From: Octopus vulgaris
Lineage: Eukaryota
Direction: 5' to 3'
NCBI GenBank assembly: GCA_951406725.2
Contig: OX597826.1
Location: forward strand, 61,814,001 to 61,878,000
DNA: 64,000 nt
The translations under genes were made by a program, and so were the position numbers. Below the pieces are notes generated by a model that worked only from the letters and a program-made list of their open reading frames with translations, did not search any database and was not told the origin of the DNA. Shown here piece by piece: positions 52,560 through 64,000 of this stretch; position 1 is the stretch's first letter; each line of letters starts with the position of its first letter.

Positions 52560-52898
52560 TTCTTTTTTTTTTTTTACTTGTTTCAGTCATTTGACTGCGG
52601 CCATGCTGGAGCATATCGACCCCAGGACTCATTCTTTGTAAGCCTAGTACTTATTCTATCGGTCTCTTTTGCCGAACCGCTAAGTGACCAGCATCGGTTG
52701 TCAAGCAATGCTAGGGGGACAAACACAGATTCACAAACACATATACATATATACGACAGGCTACTTTCAGTTTCCGTCTACCAAATCCACTCACAAAGCA
52801 TTGGTATGACACTTGCCCAAGATGCCACGCAGTGGGACTGAACCCGGAACCATGTGGTTGGTTAGCAAGCTACTTACCACACAGCCACTCCTGCGCCT
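52560..52898 (-). mobile_element. SINE family A copy (internal deletions)
   Basis: Reverse family A, from ttttacttgtttcagtca to cactcctgcgcc. Confidence 0.9.
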
Positions 52899-53918
52899 AT
52901 GTATAATATTTCAAAATATAATATTATGTATAATATTTCAAAATAGCTAAAGCAAGAGAGTAGACAAGAAGTTTTAGCTGATCCCCAATTCTTCATAAAG
53001 ATGAAGAACAGTAAATGTAATTCTACATCTAAGCCTGGAGGTAACTTAACTTAGCTACAACTGAGATAGGATAATAAGGTAAAAGATTTTAAATGACTTC
53101 AATTATAACATTGCAATGGAGTAATTGTTTCCATAACATGGATAAAAAGCGTATCTGTAACTTTAATCAATTCGAAATTGTTGAATTCTATCCTTCAATA
53201 TCTAAATCGAATCTTAATGGACAAATACTTGTTTGCTAGTAATAAATAAAGAAAGCGTTTCCACACGCACAAACTTACATCACGCTAATTTTCTATTACC
53301 AGTGTGAGAAACGATAGTTCATAGAAGCACTGATAGAACACAGAACTGATGGTAATGCAGAAATACCAATGCTTAGGCACTGAATAAATAAGTCTTGAAA
53401 CAGACAAACAATAGCAGAAGTTACCTATATGTGGCTAAAATGCAACGTGGGACGCATCACTGACTAGAAGTTGAAGAGAAGATTTTATAACCATACAGTC
53501 TTATTTTTATATTTCGCAAGAAATGCAACAAAAATAACCGATTCAGTTTGTTAATTAAAAGAGAAAAATATAATTTCTATATTAAGTAGAAAATTGCCGA
53601 ACGATTAAAACTCTAAAACAATAATTCTTGATTTATTGAAATGATCTTAAAAGACATGAAACCCTAAAATGTATTTAAGCACCAGATCGAAGTTAAGCAG
53701 GAACTGCAGATAATTTGAACTGAATGTATCAGAGTAGATCAAATTACTTTCACATTGCATTTAAGACTAATTTTTATACAGACTAACACACATACACATA
53801 TATGATATTCAATATTATACAATATGATATATATATATATAAGGATAAGACCGTTATTTAAAATACCGATCATATCAAGTGGCCAGCATAAGAATATAAA
53901 TCTTATACGTAATAATAA

Positions 53919-54206
53919 TTATTAAAATTATGATTAAGTGTATTTAAAAGATACTACCATGCTAGAGATAGCAGTCACAACTTGACTTTAAAACCACATC
54001 ATGTATTCATACGGCACCAGGAGAAAAGACAAATACACAAATAAACTGGTAAAAAATTATTGGATAATTTTTTTGCTAGTTTATTTGTGTATTTGTCTTT
54101 TCTCCAGGTGCTTTATGAATACATGATGTAGTTTTAGAGTCATGTTTTGACTGCTATCTCTAGCATGGTGGTATCTTTTAGATACACTTAATCATAATTT
54201 TAATAA
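53919..54206. repeat. Long near-perfect inverted repeat (142/143-nt arms, 3-nt spacer)
   Basis: 53919-54060 is the reverse complement of 54064-54206 with 11 substitutions and a 1-nt indel; spacer TGG. Confidence 0.97.
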
Positions 54207-54207
54207 C

Positions 54208-54273
<66 letters not shown>

Positions 54274-54512
54274 ATGTGTGTGTATGCATGTATGCATGTA
54301 TGCATGTATGCATGTATGCATGTATGTATGAAAGTATATATGTGTGTGTAAACATGCATATAAACATACATACATATATCTATCAATATGTATCCATGGA
54401 CAACACATACAAGGCATGCACATGCACACACATACTATATGTAGTTGTAGCATCTGATAGGAAGAACAAAGCTGTTTTTGCAAATATATTTCAGGTAACT
54501 GGGTGAACTTAC

Positions 54513-54767
54513 CGAAACTCCTACAAACTCTAATTTATCAATTGTTTCTAAGAATTGTTTGCTCAAATTGGAACCGGATTCATATTGGAAGTGCTCAAGG
54601 TGTACGTCTTTAGGGTCATCGGAATCACTTCCGTTGATTTTCTCTTCGACAACACTTTTGAGTGTCAAGGCTATTGTCCAGATTGCATCGTATGTGTTGG
54701 TAGCGTGGGGACTGATAGGTGCCGTACCGTTGTTCAGGAAATATTCTTCAATAAAATCTTCCGTTGT
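54513..54767 (-). CDS. GABA-B-R3: Internal exon (255 nt, phase 0-0) of a GABA-B receptor-like class C GPCR, Venus-flytrap domain
   Basis: Minus strand acceptor ...tttctcccacacag|ACA and donor TCG|gtaagt. Open 85-codon frame TTEDFIEEYFLNNGTAPISPHATNTYDAIWTIALTLKSVV...LEHFQYESGSNLSKQFLETIDKLEFVGVS carries the GABA-B motifs YDAIWxIAL and FxGVS. Subunit assignment is from recalled similarity to Drosophila GABA-B-R3 and is less certain than the family call. Confidence 0.9.
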
Positions 54768-56153
54768 CTGTGTGGGAGAAATATAGAAATATATAAGAGA
54801 AATATATAGAAATATATAAGTGAAAAATATAGAAATATATGAGACAAATATGCAAATATATAATTATTACAGTGTTCTGCTTCATATATTTACATATGCA
54901 CTAAAGAAACTCGATGGCTAAGACTGCAATGCTTTGGGTTTATATTTTCCGAGTTTATATTAATCTGAGTTGACCTAGGGCTAAATAGTCCGTCCTTTCA
55001 GAGTTGCCAATAGCTACATTATCTATTTGAATGTTTCTGCTATAGTTTTAACTTGAAGCATGTGATTAGATTTGCAATAATGTTTCAAAGTTTTAAAATA
55101 GACCAAGAAATATCTCATGGCTTAGTCTACCATATAGTCGAAATGTCGAAGACCTTTCTACCGGATTTTCTTAAATTATATATTTAAACATTTCATTTTA
55201 CAAAGAAACATAGGTATTGAACATGTTTATAGTTATAAGACAAAAAGTAGGCTTTTCGCCTGATATGGTGAGTTTAGTTAGCTATTTTAATTTGAAGAAA
55301 TTACCCATAAACAACAACATAGCATCTCCTACTACTTGTAATTTCATTACAGCAAGCAATTGTTTATATAACAGTAGTTGTCTTTCGAAAATTCAAATCT
55401 TTCGTGCTAAGGTCAACATAATATTAAGTGTCGCAGGAACATACATTAGTCTGATTCAAAATTGATTTAATATTAGATTTTTATTGGCATAAGAATATTT
55501 AAGAGGATATCAAGTGAAAATTAAGCAGGAGACGCTATGTGTATCTTAAATTTTATAATTGTATATGGTTTAAAAATTATATGTGGTATTCGCAATTCAA
55601 CGGTCGATTCTCTTTCACAGATCCCTACATGCATGTTAATGATCGTTCAAAATTATACTGCAAGATTTAAGTGAGAAATTACAGATATTATTTCAGATGG
55701 ATTAAATGGACTCTGAAAATTATTAGGTTATTGTAGAAAATCTTCTACGATTTTACATCGCGATTACGTAGCCTTAAGCGGTTAATTGATGCAGTAAAAT
55801 TTATAAGAAAATGCAAAAATCTAACAAAGTTTTTATCTCCAAATTTTAATCGATATGATTTACATCCCTTTTAGTGTTATTATAGCCATTACTTTAAATC
55901 CTCAATTGCAAGAATTCTTATAATATTTGAGATAGATATATCATTTCGATTCAACATATATTATTATATTCAATACGGATCTTTGCGTAATTATTTTTAC
56001 AACATACACTAAATGTTAAAGGATTCAATTTCCAAACAACGTTTATGTATATCATTAACTGATTAGAACAATAGGTAAAATACTGCTCTGCCTGTCTGTA
56101 TCTGAATATACATATAGACATCATTATAATCATCATCATCGTCGTCGTCGTCG

Positions 56154-56154
<1 letters not shown>

Positions 56155-56212
<58 letters not shown>

Positions 56213-56231
56213 GTTATTATTATTATTATTA

Positions 56232-56314
<83 letters not shown>
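56155..56314. repeat. (TTA)n microsatellite
   Basis: About 50 TTA units with rare TTG; source of the poly-Leu pseudo-ORF. Confidence 0.98.
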
Positions 56315-56320
<6 letters not shown>

Positions 56321-56458
56321 CTATATATATATACACAGGATGAGTGGCATGAGAATACTGAAAATCCTCATGTGCAACCAGTTTGGTAGCGGGAATGCTG
56401 GTCGACCATGGCTCGCATATAAGGACTGATGAAAGGTAATCTCTCAGTATATATATAT

Positions 56459-56505
<47 letters not shown>

Positions 56506-56931
56506 CATATATATATATGTATATATATATATATATGTATATACATATATAAGTATGTATATATATATTAGGTATTATAAGAATCTTTATAAACTTCGAA
56601 AGAACATGACAATTTTGGGTGGGAATAGGGAATCTGGAAGCAGATGCCAAAGCTATAAATAATAGTGTGTAAATATTGGGTTAAAAACCCTCTGGTCAGA
56701 AAAAGTCAAAGATTTGAACCAACGTGTTATGCAAACATGATCAGCGTTCTCTGATAGGACCTAAACAATCTTTCGAATATCTTCATTCATTTTAAAAACT
56801 CTATTCGTACCAGCGAGAATTTTATGTCGTTGTAAATAAGCGGTGATTGTATTATATTAAGTAAAAAGTGCAAGTAACAGGTATAACAATTTATCCAAGC
56901 GGTAAATTTTACGAAAGAGCCTTTTCAATAT

Positions 56932-57332
56932 CTTTTATCTTTTATATTTTATTTGATACGCTCGTTAGACTTCAGCCATGCTGGGGCACCGCCTTCAATA
57001 ATTTTAGTGGAACAAATGGACTCTATTTTTTTTTGTAAGGCTTGGTACTAGTTCAACCGGTCTCTCTTGCCGAATCGCCAAGTTACGGGGACGTTAACAA
57101 ATCCAGTACCAGTTATCAAGCGATGGGGGATGACAAACACCGACAAAAAAACTCACACACACACACACACATAGCACGACAGGGTTCTACCAATTATCCA
57201 ATCCTCTGGCAAGGCTTTGATCGACCCGAGGTTATTGTTGTGGACATTTGCCCCATGTAGCGCGCATTGAACTGAACTCAGCAGCATGTGATTGGGAATC
57301 AAGCACCTTACTACACATCTACGCCCGCATCT
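56932..57332 (-). mobile_element. Degenerate SINE family A copy
   Basis: cagccatgctggggcaccgcc..tgccgaatcgccaagttacggggacg..gaactgaactc. Confidence 0.8.
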
Positions 57333-58172
57333 GTAATAAGTTAAATTTTTTTGAAGTTAGATAACACAAGGACTTTCAGATCTATTATAAAGAAATAGTC
57401 TCAGGAGTAATTATTGGCCGCTTATGATCTGGTAAAAAGTATGTATTTAAGTACATCAATGCTTAGCTCTGTCACTTCGCATTTCATTTACGGCGAGCCG
57501 CTGAAAAGCGCAAACGGTTATTGAACGATGACTTGAGAATCATAATAGGGATCAGCCTGTCGTGTCTGTTCGCAGTACCTGCGTTTCCAGTCTCTGCTGC
57601 TCATAAGGAGATAACAACTTTGAAATGCATGCATCCAACAGTCTAATTATATACATGAATGAATGTATATGCATACCTAATATATATATATATATATACA
57701 TATATATATGAATGAACGTATATGCATACCTAATATATGCATATATATAGAAACACAAACACATACGTGTATATGTATGATACTTATATGTGCGTCAGCG
57801 TGCATATACGGACGTGTGTGTAAGTATATGTGTACTGAAATCCTATACAATATTGTAACGTTAGAAAAAAGAGACTTGAGTACAGTTTGGGAGCCAGAGT
57901 TGTGCATCTAGTCTACTAGAACTTTTGATATGGGACACATATTTTTTCCCGAATGAATGTAACGTGTTATGAAATTTCTTCTATTCGCGTCCCGAAGGAA
58001 AACTTAATATAATGTATACTCACAATGGGAAAATTAAAAAAATTTACTCAATATAAAGATAAGTTAATGAGTTTAGCGTTGCAAATTTCTGCAGCAGTTT
58101 GAAGAAAAAAAAAGTGATTTGTTTCAAAAAAGAAAAAGTTAAGCGGCAAATACATTAGATTCTATATTTATT

Positions 58173-58664
<492 letters not shown>

Positions 58665-58768
58665 ATAATTTGCTTATTTTCTTGCGCATCTTCATGAAGC
58701 TCAATTATGTTCTGAATTGCTTTAATGCAATAAATAATGCTGTATAAATCATCATCCTTGCACCCACT

Positions 58769-58972
58769 TACGAAGGAGTGCTAAGTTCTTGGCTTTGGAT
58801 AAAAGAAAATACAGGAGGATCAATTAATTAGGAATTTATTCAAAATATTCTCCTCTCAGGTTCACACACTTATTATTGCTGAGCTTCAGTTTTTTTAAGC
58901 TCACTGAAAGAACTCAGAAAGTTGGGCCTCATTATAGCCTTACAGCCACGAACTTGTCAGCACCCGGTCTTA
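58769..58972. mobile_element. Mariner-type MITE (about 200 bp)
   Basis: Imperfect TIRs TA|CGAAGGAGTGCTAAGTTCTTGGCT ... AGCCACGAACTTGTCAGCACCC; non-coding interior. Confidence 0.65.
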
Positions 58973-59514
58973 ATAATGTTAGCATGTTTGTGAAGTGATT
59001 TATCGAAATTATTCTGAATCATATGATTATATCTATATTAAATATTAACAAACCCGAAGAAAGCTGGCTACTGCTACTAGTGTCTAATAGACATGTTTAG
59101 TTATGCTATGATGTTATAGTCTGATGAAAACCACACAAACGTCGACAGATGAAGTCTGAATAAATTAGTTTCGTCCTTCATTTGATGCAGCAGAGATAGT
59201 TTACTTCACCTCTCAGCTGCCGAAGTTAAAAAGAATACACCTTTTTTTTAAAAGTGTAAACAAATTTTTATAGAGGAGAATGAGTTTACATAACTTTAGC
59301 TACATATTTACTAATGGGATTTAATTACAAAAGTACCAATACACTGCCCTAATGAATAAATGTGAAATCGGAAATCTATACAATACAAACAGTTTATGGT
59401 TTCATAGCAAAACTAAATATATAATTATGAACAGCACAGCGTTATATACTATATACAAATACCTATTCATTCAGAACAGCATTGTGATACGTTTTTGCTA
59501 CACACACACACACA

Positions 59515-59563
<49 letters not shown>

Positions 59564-59847
59564 ACACACATTCACACACACACACATTCACACACACAGA
59601 CATTCACACACACACACATTGATATATATCTTTATTAATACCAATATCTACATCTATATATATTTGTGTCACTGTCTCTCAAAAATCTCCGTATGTGTGT
59701 GTTTGTGTATACACGCACACACATGTATATATATATTTATATATCTACATATGTATGTGTGTATCTTTATATATGCATTCCTCTCTTTTTCTGTCACTCT
59801 TTATATACATATATATATATCTATCTATATATACACACACATATATG

Positions 59848-59878
<31 letters not shown>

Positions 59879-60991
59879 ATGTGTGTGTGTATTGTGTCTG
59901 TGTGTTCTTTTTCAGGTTCCATACGATTGAGTGTTTACACGAAGAGCGCAGGAGAATATATTACCGAATAAGAGATAGAGAGAAACGATAGATGTAGAGA
60001 AAGAAGGAAAGACAGAGAGAAAGAGAGAGAGAGAGTGAGAGAGAGGTGAGGGTATGATCGGGGAGATGGAGTGTGTATATGTGTAGGTATAGACAGACAT
60101 TCATTACAGACGATGCAATGAGCTAATTTATCCAATTAGTGTTAATAGGTAAGCGAAGTAATAATTCTACGTAGAGGTCTATTATACAGAGAAAGGTGAT
60201 TTGTGTAGAAACAGAATCATGTGTCTAAAACGTTTAGCAAAATCTTTGAATAGAAGCAAAGTTTATATAAACGTCTTGAATATCTAAACGCGTTTATCGC
60301 ATCGGTAATTTTCACCGATACTTAATATGTCAGAACTAAGATCAGAGTTCAAATACAGAATGTATTTAGTACGAGATTTAATCAGTAGCATATATGAGCA
60401 TCTGTCTCCAAAGGTCGAGTGTAATAGGACATTTAGAGAATTATATCTTGCATGGTTATGCAGCATTAGCCAAGCATTACTCGATAATTACCCTAGGTTA
60501 TTCGATCATTACTCAGAAGAGCGTAAATTAAACAGTCCTGTGAAAGAAAATGGGTTCTGGATATATGAGGTATGTTAGATAACAACGACAAAAAGGGTGA
60601 ATGAATTTGACAAACACACGCACAATCGCATGCACACAAATATAGGCGTGTGAGTATGTGTGTATATACACACACACACACAAACACATTCAAACACACA
60701 CACATTCACACACACACAAACACATTCACACACACATTTATAAATATAAATAAATATATATATACATATATATATACATATATATATATATATGCATGTA
60801 CACATACTTTAGTGTGTGTGTGCATCTGAGTGTGTATGTATACATGTATATATGTATATGTATACATGTATGTATATATATATATATATATATATATGCA
60901 TGTACACATACTTAAGTATGTGTGTGTATCTGAGTGTGTATGTATGTATATATGTATATATGTATGTATGTATATATGTATATGTATATAT

Positions 60992-61022
<31 letters not shown>

Positions 61023-61474
61023 CACAGTGACACTTGTTTTTGTATATGTATAAACATAGACACAAATCACAGCACGTGCACAAATCACGTAAATAGCTTC
61101 TACACGCACAGAGATTATTCAATATATTCGCTTTTATCTACGCTATGTCCCTCGCCCTGCGCAAGCACATATAGTCTCACGCACCATTTACTTTCGTACT
61201 CTTTGGTCATTATGTTCTTTGAGTAACCTCTTCTTAAAAAAAAAACACCCCACATATTTACGAAATCCTTATCTTCTAGCTTTTAAGCAGCTCTCCCCAA
61301 AATACCTGCACTTAATATCTCCTTTATTATATTTTATTTAAATTCCTATTTCTCTATAAGTTCTTGGATTTTTTCTATACATCTACACACGTGTAAGTAA
61401 AGCCATACAAATTAGATTACACACATTTAATTTGTTTAAATTATACACAGGCACATAATTTACACCACAATCTG

Positions 61475-61696
61475 TTTCTTTATTACCCACAAGGGGCTAA
61501 ACATAGAGGGGACAAACAAGGACAGACAAACGGATGAAGTCGATTTCATCGACCCCAGTGCGTAACTGGTACTTAATTTATCGACCCGAAAGGATGAAAG
61601 GCAAAGTCGACCTCGGCGGAATTTGAACTCAGAACGTAACGGCAGAGAAATACAGCTACGCATTTCGCCCGGCGTGCTAACGGTTCTGCCAGCTCA
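61475..61696 (-). mobile_element. Well-conserved SINE family B copy
   Basis: Full reverse copy from tttctttattacccacaagg to ctgccagctc. Confidence 0.9.
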
Positions 61697-62529
61697 CGTA
61701 CATACTCTGAAGACACATACACTTACTATTGTCTATGCACCCTGCCCCAAATATAAGTCACAAATACTCACTCACAAAGAAAACACGCAATCTTTCTTAC
61801 AAATATAAGCATACTATGAATATAAACGCAAACCATAAGTTCGTTATGTTTCTTGAGTAACCTCTTCTTTAAAAAACCACTACATGTTAACATTATCTAC
61901 CATCTTTTAACCAGACCACCCCCAAATACATGAACTTAATATTTCATTGACTATATGTTATCTAAATTTATTTTTCTCTAAAGCCTCCTCGCTGTTCACA
62001 GTTCATGTAATATTTAAAAATCTTTCACACACCTTCAGCTTCGCATCATCTTTTTATCTTTTAAGTTCTAAATTTTAACATTTTTGATTTTGTCATTTTT
62101 CTACATTTTCTATCGCTTTTTCTTCATTGTTCAGTTCTGTCATTCTTAGCTGCTGCTTTCCCCATCGCTAACTGCTAACTTCTCAAGAATCACTTCCTTC
62201 TACCTGTTCATTCATCCTAACTTAACTTTACTTCTCACCATCCTACCAGGGCGATACTATGGTTCTCTGTTCTAAACTCATACCACATACCTGATATATA
62301 CCAGTGTCTGTTTGCACGTCTCCATATATTCAAGTAAATTACAATATACAGGTATTTATATAATACACAGACACTAAGTAGAGTAAGTTTACCAACATCA
62401 CATGGTTTATCATAGACAAAACCCTTACAGTCAATAATACTGGTTAACACAGTTTTTGTCCTTGGGTAGCAACTGTTATTTCTTATTTTCTTATTCTTAG
62501 GAAATATGAAAAAAATGTGCTTTGGTTAC

Positions 62530-62700
62530 ATTTATTCAAACCCCAAAGAATCTCTCTCAAAGCATGGCTATGATGCTCCCCCATTACTCCTGCTCACGTT
62601 TAGTGATGCAATATTATCAGGCACTGAGGCACATCTTTAAATGTTTAAGGTCAAGCAACTGAAGGTAAATCTGAGGTGATGAGCAGAACATTTACTATAA
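62530..62700 (-). mobile_element. Diverged fragment of the element at 30065-30621
   Basis: ttattcaaaccccaaagaatc..catggctatgatgctccccc..ctgctc..aggtcaagcaactga..aaatctg..gagcagaa is the reverse complement of about 30170-30337. Confidence 0.8.
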
Positions 62701-63077
62701 CGATTTTTCTGCTTCAATAACTCGGTTCTGAATCTGTCTGAAATGTAATGGAAAATAGGACAGTTTCAAAGCATTGATGTCCAAGCCACAAATGCAAAGT
62801 TTGACGGAAATGATAGTTACTTCTTTTGAATTCTAGATAGAACCAAACAGGAATTAACACTTACTGAGCAAAGATAAAAAGAAATTAAAACTTTGTTACA
62901 CAGTGTAATATTTTAAGGTTTTGCGTTTAATTTTTTTTATTGGAAGAGGGAAATGATATGAAGAAAACAAGAATCTATCGTGTATGGTACTTAGTATACT
63001 TTTTTATAATGGACTATTGAACGTGTATATAGTGTTTGTTAGCAACAGTGTGTTAGCAATTTATGTGTTAATATATA

Positions 63078-63249
63078 GGCGTAGGAGTGACTTTATGGTA
63101 AGTAGCTTGCTTACAAACCACATGGTTCCGGGCTCAGTCCCACTGTGTGGTACTTTGGGTAAGTGTCTTCTACTATAGCATTGGGCCTACCAAAGCCTTG
63201 TCCGTGGATTTGGTAGACGGAAACTGAAAGAAGCCTTTCTTATATATGC

Positions 63250-63283
<34 letters not shown>

Positions 63284-63520
63284 GTATGTATGTATGTGTG
63301 TGTATGTGTTTGTGTGTCTGTGTTTGCCCCTCAAACTCAGCTTGACAACCGATGCTGGTGTTTTTACGTCCCCGTAACTTAGCGGTTCGGCAAAGGAGAC
63401 CAATAGAATAAGTACTAGGCTTACAAAGAATAAATCCTGGGGTCGATTTGCTCGACTAAAGGCGCTGCTCCAGCATGGCCACAGTGAAATGACTGAAACA
63501 AGTAAAAGAGTAAATGAGTA
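63078..63520 (+). mobile_element. Near-complete SINE family A copy
   Basis: Head to (GTAAAAGA) tail, as in 33140-33536. Confidence 0.9.
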
Positions 63521-64000
63521 TATGTATAAGAAAAGTAAGCGTAAGAATAGGAAGAATGTTTTGGAATTTGTTTGGAGTCATTCGTCTGGAGCTCAGTGGC
63601 ACCTTGAAATTTCTACAAACACGTTGTTTATCAACCGACTGATCTTACAGGTTAAAGTAAAATGAACATTCAAACCACGGGCCACGATAAATCATTTCTC
63701 TTGTCTTCTTATTATTTAAATTAATATAAATTACCTTCAGTTATAAACTTTTTCTGCTCATTGTATATGTAATCAAGTTTTCAGTTTACCTCAGCCAAAG
63801 TAAAGCGCATGCTGTGTGGACGTCTCCTACTGCCCACAATCGTCTTCTTGTCTCCAGGCAATTAGACTGCCTTTAAATTTAAATGCTACGTTTATGAAGA
63901 ATTCTTGGTTCTTGAGACTATCTCCACTTCTTTTGAAATTGATCATAATTACCACTAGGTATTTGTTTATTTATCTCTCGGAGTGAAAATAATTTCAATC

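Noticed and set aside
59121-59146. CTGATGA...AAACGTC hammerhead-like words (also CTGATGA at about 7314, 33092 and 56426)
   Set aside because: Missing G12 or pairing stems; short words are expected by chance.

Overview
Eukaryotic, repeat-saturated, AT-rich DNA, most likely from an octopus/coleoid cephalopod (inferred from the tRNA-derived SINE families and the extreme microsatellite load). Nearly all ORFs in the supplied track are microsatellite or satellite artefacts. Reading the minus strand by hand shows four in-phase, GT-AG-bounded exons (54767-54513, 40641-40581, 36647-36558, 24350-24200) of a GABA-B-type class C GPCR most like invertebrate GABA-B-R3, covering the end of the Venus-flytrap domain through TM1; most or all of the window is therefore probably intronic to this gene. 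The introns hold decayed Tigger/pogo, mariner, RTE, R4/Dong-like and Penelope elements, many SINE copies, and a 3.6-kb GGAAA-based satellite. Most notable observations: (1) a 288-nt near-perfect fold-back about 300 nt into the intron after the first exon, whose transition mismatches would be mostly A-C in the pre-mRNA (candidate ADAR substrate or editing-inducer element); (2) several Penelope-type hammerhead ribozyme motifs; (3) a Penelope GIY-YIG domain split by a stop-free insert of about 140 aa; (4) a satellite dense in NF-kB/STAT/NFAT-like motifs; (5) inverted SINEs bracketing the TM1 exon, plus modular and nested SINEs. Transposon and SINE boundaries are approximate.
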